Assembly (NCBI GenBank): GCA_951406725.2
Contig: OX597837.1
Span: 25,482,001 to 25,546,000 of the forward strand
Reading direction: 5' to 3'
Length of the DNA stretch: 64,000 nucleotides
Source of the DNA: Octopus vulgaris
Taxonomy: Eukaryota
The position numbers and the translations under genes are program-made. Shown here piece by piece: positions 26,501 to 42,645 of this stretch; position 1 is the stretch's first letter, and each line of letters opens with the position of its first letter. A model generated the notes under the pieces. The model did no database searches. It was given only the letters and a program-made list of their open reading frames with translations, and was not told the origin of the DNA.

Positions 26501-28073
26501 CAGGGGTTGGACAAAATAATGGAAACGTCATAAAATGTTTTTTAATATGGAGTAGGACTGCCTTTGGCAGTAATTACAGCTTGAATTCTACAAGGTATGG
26601 ACTCATACAAAGTTTGAATTGTTTCCAAAGGAATTTTTGTCCATTCTTCAGCCAAAACAGTCTCCAGTTCTTGTAGTGATGATGGTGGAGGATATCGACT
26701 CCTTACTTGTTTTTCTAAACTGCACCATAAATGTTCAATAATATTGAGATCTGGGGATTGTGGTGGCCATTTAAGATGTTCAACTTCACTAGAATATTCC
26801 TTGTGCCATTCAGTAACAAATTTAGCTGTGTGAATTTGTGCATTATCATTATGAATGATTGTGTTTCCCTCTGGAAACAGTTCTGCAACCGTAGGATTTC
26901 TTTGATCAGATAAAATGCTTAAATAGTCTTGACTATTTATTCTGCCATGAAGGGAAACTATTGGGCCAGCATATTCCAAGATATAGCCACCCAAGATCAT
27001 CACAGATCCTCCTCCATGTTTAACAGTTGGAAGAAGGCAGTCTGGGTCAAATGCTTCTTTTGGCTGTCTCCACACGTATACTTGGCTGGTGGTTAGAAAT
27101 AAGGTAAAGGATGACTTGTCCGAGAAAATAACATTCCTCCACTGATCTGGGAACCAATTCTTTAGGTTTTTACTTCACTCTAAACGCTTTGCAACATTTG
27201 TTTTTGAAAGTAATGGTTTTCTGATTGCAGCCCACCCATGAAATCCAGCTTTGTGCAGCTCCCAGCGAACAGTTTTTGTGGAAACTGGGTTCTTGAGGTG
27301 GTCATTAAGCTCTGCAGTAATCTTGGGAGCTGTACTTTTGTGATGTGGAGGTGCAATGGCCCAGTGGTTAGGGCAGTGGACTCGCGGTCAGAGGATCGCG
27401 GTTTCGATTCCCAGACCGGGCATTGTGAGTGTTTATTGAGCGAAAACACCTAAAGCTCCACAAGGCTCCGGCAGGGGATGGTGGTGAACCCTGCTGTACT
27501 CTTTCACCACAACTTTCTCTCGCTTTTTCTTCCTGTTTCTCTTGCACCTGTATTTCAAAGGGCCAGCCTTGTCACAATCTGTGTCACGCTGAATCTCCTT
27601 GAGAACTACGTTAAGGGTACACGTGTCTGTGGAGTGCTCAGCCACTTGCACGTTAATATCACGAGCAAGCTGTTCCGTTGATCGTATCAGCTGGGACCCT
27701 CATCGTCGCAACCAACGGAGTGCTCCTACTATTTTTGTGATCCTTTCTAACAATTTGCATAAGAGTCTGACGGTCCCTATCTGAAAGTTTTGTTTCAACC
27801 TCTCAAAGGCTGTCATTACTTTTGAGACAGTACTTCTTGATACACCAAATATTCGGCTTACCTCCTTGAAAGTTCGATAGATCTGTTATCTTAATGAATT
27901 TTGATTACCATTTTCTGATGATATATGAAAAGAAACAGCAATTTTAGCAAAACATATTAAGCAACACTAATAATAAATAAAAAACAACAACATAAAAGCA
28001 ACAAGCTTTTGACATTTTATAGATATTTCAAAATTATGATGCTAGGTGTTTCCATTATTTTGTCCAATCCCTG
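26501..28073 (-). mobile_element. Tc1-family DNA transposon (defective) with a nested SINE
   Basis: 26-bp TIRs caggggttggacaaaataatggaaac / gtttccattattttgtccaatccctg with a TA on the left. Transposase ORF 26542-27075 has TVKHGGGSVM, DNAQIH, WPPQSPDLNIIEHLW and AKGSPTPY; the first Asp (FSDKSSF) is near 27110-27128. Confidence 0.93.
27345..27730 (+). mobile_element. tRNA-derived SINE (tail A) inserted in the Tc1 transposase
   Basis: TSD ttttgtgat at 27336-27344 and 27733-27741. Confidence 0.9.
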
Positions 28074-28919
28074 TGTATGTATGTATATATATATATATAT
28101 ATATATTAATAAATAAAATAAAACATATGCATATATGTATATAAACATATATGTACGTACCTACCTCTACATGTACATATACACGCATATATGAGTACAG
28201 GACACCAAAAGGACGTCAAACACAATGAGAAACGAAAACATAGACACAAACCAAAGGAACTGGACATTTTTTTAAAAACAGCAAAAAAATAGAGTACAGG
28301 ACAATTAACACAAAGAAAGAACCCCTTCTTCAGTTGCTAAAGGTTTCATCTACTCTACGTTTCAAAGGATAAAAGCGAGACGTATCTTCGACAAGAAAAC
28401 TTTCCTTCCTGCGAAAAGCAAATCAATTAAAATTCTGAGATCTTTTTGCAGAGGGGTAAAAATGGTAACAACAGAGGTGCAGGGTGTGGCTGTGTAGTAA
28501 GAAGCAAGCTACATAGTTCCAGATTCAGTCCCACAGTGTGGCACTTTGGGCAAATATCTTCAACTATAGCCTCAGGCTGATCAAATCTTTGAGTGGATTG
28601 GTAGATGGAAACTGAAAGAAGCCCATTGTATATGTGTGTGCGTGTGTGTGTGTGCCTGTGTGTGTTTGCATCCCTGTAACTTGGAAGTTCAGCAAGGAGA
28701 CTGATAGAATAAATACTAGGCTTACAAAGAATAAGACCTGGGGTCGAATTGTTCAACAAAAACACACTGCTCCAGTGTGGCTGCAGTCAATTGACTGAAA
28801 CACACACACACACACACACAGACACACTCTCTCTCTCTCTTTTCTGGTCACTTCAGCCATGTAGCCACACATGTGCATTACTCAGTTCTTTCTCTCCTGA
28901 CTTGTCTTCTTTCCTCTTT

Positions 28920-28948
28920 CTGATGAAGAGCCAATGCTCGAAACATCA
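28920..28948 (+). ncRNA. Minimal hammerhead core (stem I eroded)
   Basis: CUGAUGA A GAGC caau GCUC GAAA C AUC; same family as the motifs at 2335, 3621 and 8016. Confidence 0.55.
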
Positions 28949-29074
28949 CCCCTCCTCTTTTTTCCATCTTAAACTGGGTGTCAACCGAATAATACATTTT
29001 CCGTTTAAGTCCTTTTGACTTTTTGTTGTTTTCGGTTTTATTTTTGACTTGCCTATATATATATATATATATCT

Positions 29075-29398
29075 TCATGGCTTGGCTTCAGTGACGAAGA
29101 TTAGGATGGTGTTGTCCACGTCATCTACACGCTTATTCATGGTTGATAAGGCTGATGTGGGATTGACATATCTGATTGCAATGATGATGCATCTGCATTA
29201 TATTTTGGCCTCTGACGTTTGTCTTCAAGAGAGGCACTGCAAGAGATCTCAAAGGTGGAAACACTATTACTGATGATATGGGCCCCCCAAGCAACACGGT
29301 CAGCAGTTAGAGTGGACCTCTCATGATAATCAATGTCACAAACATCAAGGGACTGCTTCAGGCAGTCCTTGTAACACTTCTTTGATAAGAAGTGTTAC
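29075..29398 (-). pseudogene. Decayed RTE/BovB-like LINE 3' end
   Basis: Minus strand reads [12 protein letters not shown]...TADRVAW...EDKRQRPK...CNQICQSHISLINH, the C-terminal zinc-finger-like region of RTE. Confidence 0.7.
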
Positions 29399-29441
29399 AC
29401 TTGATAAGAGCAGTCAGCAGGAAGGGCATTCATTCATCTGT

Positions 29442-31342
<1,901 letters not shown>

Positions 31343-32300
31343 TAAATGTATGTGTCATTTAAAATAAATAATTTTCAAAAGTGCTACTAATAGATTCATA
31401 GTTTAGATATACGATAATTTGGCATATTTATATAACATGCGATTTATCTCTAAGCAATCTCTCAGGCTCAGTGTATATCGCTAGATCTATTTAAAAACCA
31501 GGACATCTTTTTTCTTATTTTTTTTCTCGTGTTTTCTTATAGACAAGCATCCGGGTTTTTAAACACATCTAACAGTATGCACTGAACCTGAAAGATTGTT
31601 CAGAGATACATGGCATGTTGTTGTAAATCTGCCAAATTATTGTATCTCTAATGCATGAATCTATTAGTGGCTCTTTCGTAAAATGTGTATATTAAATGAT
31701 ATTTATCTCTCACTGGATGGAATGCCTTTTTTTGTTGATCCTACCTATAACAGAACTATCTATCTATCTATCTATCTATCTATCTGAAAATATAGCCAAG
31801 AAACGCGCGTAGTCTTTTTACTACTATTTACTATTTTTGTACTTTATTGATTTTTATAATAAGGTTTTTTTTATAGTATATATTTTCTATATGGCGTGAA
31901 TAACATCTTTCATTATTGAATTGTTTTGTTTAATAGAAGCTTTTCTCTAAATTATATACATATATTATATATTGTGAAATTTGATTTAGAATCGCTAAAT
32001 TGAATTTTTCCCTGTAAGTTTGGAATTATATTCCCTACTACTACTACTATTATTATTATTATACATACATACATACATATATAAAGGCAAAAGGCAAATA
32101 AGAAAATAGAAAGGACAATCAATTAACAGACATCTGCCTGTAAACATTCATATTTATTAATTACATACAGGAGTGGCTGTGTGGTAAGTAGCTAGCTTAC
32201 CAACCACATTGGGCAAGTGTCTTCTGCTATAGCCTCGGGCCGACCAATGCCTTGTGAGTGGATTTGGTAGACGGAAACTGAAAGAAGCCTGTCGTATATA

Positions 32301-32345
<45 letters not shown>

Positions 32346-32397
32346 ATATATGTGTATATATATATATATGTTATATATGTGTATATATATATATTTA

Positions 32398-32452
<55 letters not shown>

Positions 32453-32770
32453 ATATATTTGATATATTGATATACAAAAACCACTCGTTTAAATCAAACA
32501 AGGAAAGACTTAATCAATTTATATAGACAAAATATATTGTAATATAAACAAGGTATAAGACTTAATATAATATAAAATTGTATATATAATATATATATTT
32601 AAATTTTATGCATATATATATTAAGTATGTGTATTATTTATTTTAAAATATATGATTTTTATGTGTATCTCGAATTATATAGTTTATATAATATTTTACT
32701 ATTTATAAATGTGATTTAACCTTAAATCTGATTTTCCCTGTAATTTTGATATCATTCCCTATATATTTAT

Positions 32771-32834
<64 letters not shown>

Positions 32835-35071
32835 ATATGTTTGTGTGTCTGTGTTTGTCCCCCCACCATTGCTTGACAACTGATGCTGGTGTGTTTACCC
32901 CGTCACTTAGTGGTTCGGCAGAAAGAGACCGATAGAATAAGTCCCGTGGTCGATTTGCTCGACTAAAGGTGGTGCTCCAGCATGGCCGCGGTCAAATGAC
33001 TGAAACAAGTAGGAGAGTAAAAGAGTACAAATGTCACTCTTATTACACTTTACTGCCTTAAAAAAGGGAAGGACACATTGAATAATGTAGCCCTAGGCTT
33101 GGGGAAAAAGATGAGGTGGTCATAAATTCCTTTGATTATAGATCTGCTGGATCAAGATCGACCTTGGGCTTAAGAGCAACAGCTAATTTGGATTTCCCAA
33201 GCTGACATATCTTTATCTCCTTTTACTTGTTTCAGGCATAATTATTTATATATCCCCAAAAGCCAGAAATATGTATTCAGCAGTGCCACCACTGCTACTG
33301 GATGATTTTTGTATGCTGCTGATATATTTCTGTGTTTTTTAACACTATACAAATACTACTGTTTAACTTTAAATAATGTACCTCCTTTAAGATTGTTATA
33401 TTGCCTTGACTGGCTTCTGTGCCGGTGGCACGTAAAAAGTACCAACCGATCATGGCCGCTGCCAGCCTCCCCTGGCACCTGTGCTGGTGGCACGTAAAAA
33501 GCACCAACTGATTGTGGCCGCTGCCAGCCTCCTCTGGCACCTGTGCTGGTGGCATGTAAAAAGCACCAACCGATCGTGGCTGCTGCCAGCCTCCCCTGGC
33601 ACCTGTGCTGGTGGCACATAAAAAGCACCTACTATACTCACGGAGTGGTTGGCGTTAGGGAGGGCATCCAGCTGTAGAAACTCTGCCAGATCAGACTGGA
33701 GCCTGGTGCAGCCTCCTGGCTTCCCAGACCCCAGTCGAACCATCCAACCCATGCTAGCACGGAAAACGGTCGTTAAACAATGATGATGATGATGATGATG
33801 ATTTATCACACTCTCGGAGTGGTTGGCGTTAGGAAGGGCATCCAGCCATAGAAAACCATGCCAAATCAGACTGGAGTCTGGTGCAGCCTTCCAGCGTGCC
33901 AGTCCTAGTCAAACCGTCCAACCCATGCCAGCATGGACAATGGACATGAGATGATGATGATGATACATAAATACACACATGAAGAATGAGACCCAGAAAG
34001 CTAGCAGAACATTAAGTTATGTAATGTCATCCATATTTAAATTCTTCCTGAACCTCCTTTTCTCCTATTTAGCCCACAACGGAATATTTCCAAGTAAAAG
34101 GTCACAGGTTTACTCTCAAAACATGCCACGACCGTTTGGAAGACATTACTCTCCAAGGTCAGTAGCGGTTTAGGGACTTAAATAGCAACGGCAACAGCGA
34201 CAACAATGTTATTATTACATTAGAAAATGTAGTTTGAGGGATGGGGTGTGGATCTGGTTTCTTTTCAGTTCAGCTTTGACAGAAGCAGTTCTTTCCCCAC
34301 TTGTAAATTCACTTCTTACATTTTCATGTTGAAACACTTGTTACGTTGTGTTATTAAGGAGCTGATTGTTATAGCTTGGCACACTCTCAGAACTTTCTCA
34401 GGACATGCCGCCTAAGTTGTGTTGAGAACTAAATACTATCAACTTACTGACATGCTGCTTCATAAATATATATATATATATATATATACATACATATATA
34501 TATATATATAAGTGTGTGGGTGTATATGTGAATATATATTTTTATAGGTTTACACTGAACAATATCTCTTTCCATATTTTGTATACAAAGTAAAACATGA
34601 TTAATTTACCAAGAATACTTGTTCATATGAAAAACAGAAAACAATTATGAAAAAAAAAAAAAAAGAAAACAGTTATGAAAACTTGATGGAATGCCAATAT
34701 ATGGCAGTGTCAGTAAGGAGATAGGGGTTCAAATATCTGTTTCCTCAACTTTATTTTCTCCCATGTCTTTGCTGTATCTGGTTTATTTTACCTTGTTTGG
34801 AAGTGTAGCAATATTTGGCCCGACGATTAATTTAATTTTTGTTTTTAACCCTTCAGCTTTTCCTGTCAAATGTAATGCTTATTTATTCACATTGTTTTGG
34901 ATTAATCATACATTACCTCATAGGTTTGAGATTTCAATGATGCGATTGTTGATTGTTTTATATTTAGAATAACATTGTAGGGTGGGTGTCAGTCTGGATC
35001 TTGGCTAGTTTGAACATATTTGGAACAGAAAAAGAACACAAATCTACTCAAATTTGTTTCTTTTTTCTGTC

Positions 35072-35611
35072 TTAAATTCTTGCTTATAATCCTGAATACA
35101 CTAAAAATGTTCTCACTTAACCCTTTAGTATCTAAACCGGCCATATCCGGCCAAAATATTTAATCTGTTTTATGTTCAAACTGACCAGATCCAGGCCCTC
35201 GCACCTACCCTACAATGTTATTCTACATTAAGTAATTACACCATCAAGATCTTGAAGATATGAGATAATGCATGATTAATTCGAATCAATGGGAATCAAT
35301 AAGCATTATGTTTGATAGAATAATCTGAACACTAAAGGGTTAAATTCTTGCTTATAATCCTGAATACACTAAAAATTTTCTCACTTAACCCTTTAGTACT
35401 TAAACCGGCCATATCCAGCCAAAATATTTAATCTGTTTTATATTCAAACTGACCAGATCCAGGCTCTCACACCTACCCTACAATGTTATTCTACATTAAG
35501 TAATTACACCATCAAGATCTTGAAGATATGATAAAATGCATGATTAATTCAAATCAATGGGAATCAATAAGCATTATGTTTGATAGAATAATCAGAACAC
35601 TAAAGGGTTAA
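35072..35611. repeat. Tandem duplication (268 bp) of a piggyBac-type MITE-A plus flank
   Basis: Two TTAA|CCCTTTAG...CTAAAGGG|TTAA copies (35117-35343 and 35385-35611) with the same 45-bp flank. Other MITE-A copies at 12168-12398, 35712-35936, 51913-52141 and 57883-58108. Confidence 0.9.
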
Positions 35612-36304
35612 TTCAACCCAAATTTATTTTAATTATATTACAATCCATTTGAATATATATATCTCATATTAGCTCTCATTAACTAGACCAATTTACAAAG
35701 ATATCCCAGACTTAACCATTTAGCATTTAAACCAGTTATATCCAGCTCAAATATTCTACCTTTTTTTATGCTTAAACCGGATAGATCTGGCTTCTCACAT
35801 GTACCGTACAATTACATTCTAAAAATAATCACATCGTTAATATTTTGAAGCTACAAGATAATGAATAACAGATTTGAAACAGTGTAAACAAACAAGCATT
35901 ACATTTGACAAAGTAATGCGAATGCTAATAAGTTAATTTACATTTTTAAAGATGGCAAGATGTTGTTTTGAGGGCAATTTGGTTGCTTTTTCTAGCAGTT
36001 GGTATGACCACTGAGTCTATTCTATATTTGGCTGGCATGTTTTATATTTGTGTCAGTGAATGAGGAATGAGGAATAGAAAATTCATTTATGATGTGTTGA
36101 AAGGAATTTAAAGAATTTTGCTAACACTAAGATGCTGTCTTCAGCATGTGTATATTATCAGATCTGACATAATTAGCTAAAATTACACACTATCTTAATT
36201 AGAAAACCATGTCTTCATGAAGCTAATTGTTTGGAATTTGTTTAGCTTCCTCCATGGCAGAGACCATATCGAAATAAAATTTAGTAAGCACTGTTTTTGG
36301 TGTA

Positions 36305-36305
<1 letters not shown>

Positions 36306-36360
<55 letters not shown>

Positions 36361-36405
36361 TGTGTGTGTGAGTGTGTGTGAGTGTGTGCACGTGCACGTG
36401 TGAGT

Positions 36406-36444
<39 letters not shown>

Positions 36445-36540
36445 TGTGTGTTGAGTGTGTGTGTGTGTGAGTGTGTGTGCGAGTGAGTGTGCGCGAGTGT
36501 GTGTGTGTGTGTGTATGTATGTATGTGTGTGTGTGTGTGT

Positions 36541-36590
<50 letters not shown>
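36306..36590. repeat. (TG)n microsatellite
   Basis: Directly visible. Confidence 0.97.
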
Positions 36591-36593
<3 letters not shown>

Positions 36594-36758
36594 CCCACTC
36601 ATGCATGCACATTCACACGTATATACATATTACACATATAAGTTACACGTGCATGCATACAAAACACATACTCCTCTGTATATGTTACATGTTTACATAC
36701 CCCGAGATATAGATTAATAGATAAGTTGTTATATATGTTATATGTGTGTGTGTTTGTG

Positions 36759-36793
<35 letters not shown>

Positions 36794-37244
36794 TTCACTT
36801 CTGAGATTGTATTTGTGTATATGTGTGTCCTGTTTATTTTTTTTCTTTCTATGTTAGCAAGACAAGAAAGACAGTCTTATATACTTGAATATATCTCAAG
36901 ATGTCATTGAACATGGCAAATGTGAGATTTTTTATCATTTATCAGACTGACCCAGAAGAAATAGAGACTAACTTCCGTCAAATATACACTACTGTCGTCA
37001 ATAAAGAAGACATTGGACAGTGGTGTGTTTGATATATTAAAACATGATGGCCATGGCTTGGATGTCTTTAATCACAAGATCTACTCAGTCAGGAAGGGCA
37101 AGGGGCTTAACAGCACCCACCTAAAGGCTTCAGCTTAGACGAGCTGCACTTTAACACATCTGATGCATTCAGCTTGAACTTGGTCTCCCTTATTGGGCAG
37201 ACCTACCATTAAAGATGTCCTAAACATGGCAATAGATGCAGTGC

Positions 37245-37296
<52 letters not shown>

Positions 37297-37934
37297 TAAT
37301 TATTATTTGAGGGGATAAAATCCAAACTTACAAGGAAAAAGAATTCAATTTAGAAATACTAAATCAAATTCCACACAATATAATATATATAAAATATTAG
37401 AAAAAACCCCACCTTTTATCAATTCAAAATGAATTACATATAATAGAAAAGTTAAAATTAAATAACAGTTAAAAAGTAAAGATTTTTCTACCTATTATAT
37501 ACATTATATTATTCTTGTAATTTACTTAATCTTTACTTTTTAATTGTTATTTCAATTTTAACTTTTCTATTATATGTAATTTTCTATATGGTGTAATTTA
37601 ATTATTCATTTTGAATTGATAAAAGGTGTTTTTTTTAATAATATTATATATATATATATATATAGATAGATAGCAAGTAAGAAAATAGAGAAGCACATTA
37701 GTTGGTTCATCAACTTAAGGACATTAAAATGTTGACTTATTTATTTATCAAAACGACAACCATAATAACATACATATATATAGTATATTATTCAATGCAT
37801 ATAAGATAAGAATACAAGCAGTTATTAAAAAACATGAATATAAATGATTAAAATCACTTACAGCTGTTTCAGCCTATAGATAATAATATTTATATGATAT
37901 TTAGCATTTAATTTGATGGAGATTGTTGTCAGCA

Positions 37935-38005
37935 GGCAGTTTAGCTTAATGATAGAGTACTCAGCTGGTTTCTGAGGGGTGTGGGTTCAAGTCCCATGGC
38001 TGTTT
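37935..38005 (+). pseudogene. Degenerate tRNA-like sequence (SINE head or pseudogene)
   Basis: tagcttaatgatagagt D arm, ctcag-ctggttt-ctgag anticodon arm, gtggg-ttcaagt-cccat T arm; the acceptor stem is mostly G-U pairs. Confidence 0.55.
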
Positions 38006-38170
38006 GCTGGTAACTTTTTCCATCTTAAAAGGGTAAAATACCCAATTGTTCTACTGTTGTCACAGTTATACTGTGTTTGAAATATTATTTTATTGTCTAG
38101 CTGCACTCACCAGTGGTGCACTCTACATAGTCATCAAGGACTAGCACATAAGATATGTTTCTATTATATA

Positions 38171-38476
38171 TGTGTGTATAAGAGTTATACACTCAGGGAA
38201 AGCCACTAAGTGGTTCTCATTCATGCTAGAAATGGGAGTTAAATCTCAAACCATGAAAAGCTATTCTTGTCTTGGCACATTGAATGTAGGTGGGCAGAAC
38301 AGTTTGAGAGAATTAAAAAATGATTTGTCACTCCCGTACTTCAAAGTTTCGCCCTTAATGATTAAATACACTGGTTAATTAATTAATCAGTCAATGCATT
38401 AAACTGTCTATGGCTTATCAGTGTGATGGAAAACCACCTAGTGGCTTTCTCTCAGTGTATAACTCTTATACACACA
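38171..38476. mobile_element. MITE with ~45-bp TIRs
   Basis: tgtgtgtataagagttatacactcagggaaagccactaagtggtt ... aaccacctagtggctttctctcagtgtataactcttatacacaca. Confidence 0.75.
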
Positions 38477-39308
38477 TCATCATATCATCATCATCATACG
38501 TCCGCTTTCCATGCTGGCATGGGTTGGATGATTTGACTGAGGACTGGTTAACCAGATGGCTGCACCAGGCTCCAATCTGATCTGACAGAGTTTCTACAGC
38601 TTGATGCCTTTCCTAATGCCAACCATTCTGAGAGTGTAGTGGGTGCTTTTATGTACCACCAGCACGAGGGCCAGTCAGGCGGTTCTGGCAATGGCCATGC
38701 TCAAATGGTGTTTTTTATGTGCCACCTGCACAAGAGCCAGTCCAGCCGCACTGGCAATGATCTCGCTTGAATATTGTTTTTCACATACCACCAGCACAAG
38801 TGCCAGTAAGGCGATGCTGGTAACGATCACGCTTGAATGGTGCTTTTTACGTGCCACCGGCACAGGGCCCAGTCAGCGGTTCTGGCAACGATCATGCTCG
38901 GATGGTGCTCTTAGTGCTCCACTAGCACAGATGCCAGTCATGCGGTGCTGTCATTGAATTTGATTTCACTTGCCTCAACAGGTCTTCGTAAGCAGAGCTT
39001 AGTGTCATAATATAATATTTACAATCTACGGATATTTTTACTCACGGTGGCCACTGGAAAAAATTAGTATTTAATTCTTATCCTATATTTAAAATTTTAT
39101 ATATACATACATATATATATATATAAATAAGGATAAGATTGATATTTAAATATTGATCTTATCAAATGGCCAGCATAGGAATAAAAACCTTTCAAAGGTA
39201 ATAATTATTTAAAATTATAATTTATGGTATCTGAGAGATACCACCACACTGAGAGTCAGGTTTTGACTGCTATTTTCAGCGTGGTGGTATCTCTCAGATA
39301 CCTTAAAT

Positions 39309-39341
<33 letters not shown>

Positions 39342-42215
39342 TTGCTGATATCAAAGTGAGAATGATTGCTCAACACTGTATTGGTGGATAAATATTCTTT
39401 ATTTGGTGCTTAAGAAAGCTACCATTAGTTTTATGCTGATAGAAATCACTCAACAATTTCCAAGCCTGCCACCTGGAACGTTGGTACTTGTCTTCATCTT
39501 GACTGAGTCTCTTGAAGCTTTGTTTATTCGCATCCAAGTTGGAAATGTGTACCGATTTCCTATGGCAAGGTTGATAATTGTTGGGAGATTTCTCTTGGCA
39601 TGAAACCTATGGTAACCTTAACACACAAATAAAGTGTATATATATATATATATATAAAAATATCAGTCAAACCGTCCAATCCATGTGTGTGTACCTGTGT
39701 CTGTCCTCCACCATCACTTGAGAACTGGTGTTGGTGTGTTTACATCTCGGTAACTTAGTTGTTTGGCAAAAGAGACTAATACAGTTTATTTGACTAAAGA
39801 TTCTACAAGGCAGTGCCCCAGCATGGCCACAGTCTAATGACTGAAACCAGTAAAAGCTAAAAGAAGAAAAGCATATTTTTTTGTTAAACATCATTAAAAG
39901 ACATCTTGTGGAACATAGAATAAGTGATCTATATTTTCCTGTGGTACCTACTTACAGATGAGTGGATTGAGCTATTTATAGCAATAGTTATGTGTCATCC
40001 TGGAAATAGATACACAACACAATACTGGGAACATGGTATGGTCAACCTCTTCGCTGGTTATCCAGTTCTTTTATCAATTCAAAAAGTCAATAGTGTTCCT
40101 GTAGAGCTGTACTACTGATTAATGACTGTAAAACTCTTGCCAAAGGAACCGTAAAGTTTGATGTCAAAGAGTCTTACATTTCAGGAAATCTGTACTTAAA
40201 CAAGAATTTCAGATGACAGTGTTATTTATAATTTCGAAGAACTGCTCTCCTTGAGAAACTTTGCTGACTAACAAATGACCAACTAAAAACAATTAATGAT
40301 AATGTTATTGAGCGAGTACTTATTATCAGCAGAAACTGTTTTAGACCCACCCGTAAGAAGTGCAAAAGTTTTCAAGTATCTACTCATTTACTTCTTCTTT
40401 CTTCTTGTATTGCATTTCATACCTTCAAGCACTGCATGACACAACATGAAATGTCCTCTCAGATCAGTCTGAAGCGTGTTGTGGCTAGTTATTTTGTCAG
40501 CTATCTTTGTGCCATAATATTCTTTTATTCTTTTATTCTTTTACTTGTTTCAGTCATTTGACTGCGGCCATGCTGGAGCACCGCCTTTAGTCGATCAAAT
40601 CGACCCCAGGTCTTATTCTTTGTAAGCCTAGTACTTATTTTATCGGTCTCTTTTTGCCGAACCGCTAAGTTACGGGGACGTAAACACACCAGCATCGGTT
40701 GTCAAGCAATGCTAGGGGAACAAACACAGACACACAAACACACACACGCATATATATACATATATATATATACATACATATATACGACGGGCTTCTTTTC
40801 AGTTTCCGTCTACCAAATCCACTCACAAGGGTTTGGTCGGCCCGAGGCTATAGCAGAAGAAACTTGCCCAAGGTGCTACGCAGTGGGACTGAACCCGGAA
40901 CCATGTGGTTCGTAAGCAAGCTACTTACCACAGAGCCACTCCATTTTTTTTTTGTTTTTAATAGGCACAGGCTTGGCTGTGTGGTATGAGGCTTGCTTCT
41001 CAACCACATGGTTCTGGGTTCAGTCCCCCTGCATAGCACCTTGGGTAAGCGTCTTCTATAGCCTCGGGCTGACCAAATCCTTGAGTGGATTTGGTAGACA
41101 GAAATTGAAATAAATCTGTTGTATCAGTCAAACCATCCAACTCATGCCAGCATAGAAAGTGGATGTTAAACGACGATGATGATGATGTGTGTGTGTAAGT
41201 GCATGTGTGTTTGTGTGTGTGTGTGCATGTGTGCGTGTGTGTGTGCATGCATGGCTCATAAGGGCCGGTTTCCTAGTTTCCTTGGCATATAGGTTCCCCA
41301 TCTGGATAGGATGCCGGTCCGTCGCAGGTGAGCTGCAAGATACAGGAGGAAAGAGTGAGAGAAAGTTGTGGCGAAAGAGTCAGCAGAAGTTCACCATTAC
41401 CTTCTGCCGGAACCGCATGAAGCTTAGGTGTTTCGATCATAAACACACACATTGCCTGGTCTGAGATTCGAACCCACGATCCCTCGACCGCTAGGCCATG
41501 TGCCTCCACATATATATAACTATTTAAAAAACCCCTCTGTTGAAAATCATGGTTGTTGTTTAGTCCTTGGTTTGCCCTCATCAAGCAGACCTAGGATCAA
41601 AGTCGTTCCAGATGAGACCATTTCATATTTTCTTCAGACATAGTGTATGTATGTAGAATTACTTTATTTCAATGTGGCCTTTCTATTTTTTAATGACAGG
41701 GAATGAGTTGAAGGAAATTTGGTCGTTATTTCTCATAGGTTCAGCAGCCATGTTGTTGGCTGATGACTGCTAAAATTAAAATGATTGAAGACTAGGGATT
41801 AATGTGATTGATGTTTTTTCTGTACTTTCTGTACTTGTTTCAGTCATTTGACTGCGGCCATGCTGGAGCACCGCCTTTTAGAGTGGTGAAAGAGTACAGC
41901 AGGGATCACCACCTCCTGCCGGAGCCTCGTGGAGCTTTTAGGTGTTTTCGCTCAATAAACACACACAACGCCCGGTCTGGGAATCGAAACCGCGATCCTC
42001 CGACCGCAAGTCCGCTGCCCTAACCACTAGGCCATTGCGCCTCCACTTTGGTCAACTTTTGGAGCAATTGTGGTAGCAGTAAAATTATTTTGTGTAGCAA
42101 ATCTTGAGCATTTTTTAAATTCTGGAACACAAAGAAGTGTTGTTGTTGGTGGTGGTGGTAGTGGTGGTAGTGGTGTTGCCATTGTTGTTGATGTTATTGC
42201 TAGTGTTGTTTCTGT

Positions 42216-42246
<31 letters not shown>

Positions 42247-42567
42247 TTGTATTTATGTAGATATGGCAAAATGACACATGAATGTATTAACATCATGTGA
42301 TGATGCATCTGTATCTGTAGGTTGGTGTTTTGTGTGTGTGTGTGTGTGTTCTCTATTACAACTACATGAATAGTTTGACCTAGAATGAAATCTGCAAATT
42401 ATGTTTATTTAACCTGGAAAGCCGTACTAATGGAGGGCAGATGTTAGTAGTCACCGACAAAACAACTGTAATACGTTGTGGAACAGACTTAGCCAACCTA
42501 CACGCATTTGTTGTTCATTATTCATTTCCTAAGATGACCAAGGCTTCATCTCTGATACGTTGCAACA

Positions 42568-42645
42568 ATGGAGAACGTAGATGACTGGAGACCCATGACT
42601 GCCTCCTTCGACTTCTACTACATCTTGCATGTGGTGAAACTACAT
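42568..42645 (+). CDS. Speculative alternative first coding exon (MENVDDWRPMTASFDFYYILHVVKLH)
   Basis: Lies in a non-repetitive island. Strong Kozak context acaATGG, 26 open codons and a phase-0 donor cat|gtaaga, in frame with the MK2 exon. No homology recognised. Confidence 0.2.

Noticed and set aside
39361-40500. Coding-looking unique sequence as a possible kinase exon 1
   Set aside because: No GxGxxG or FALK motif in the frames I examined; multiple stops; probably an old transposon remnant.
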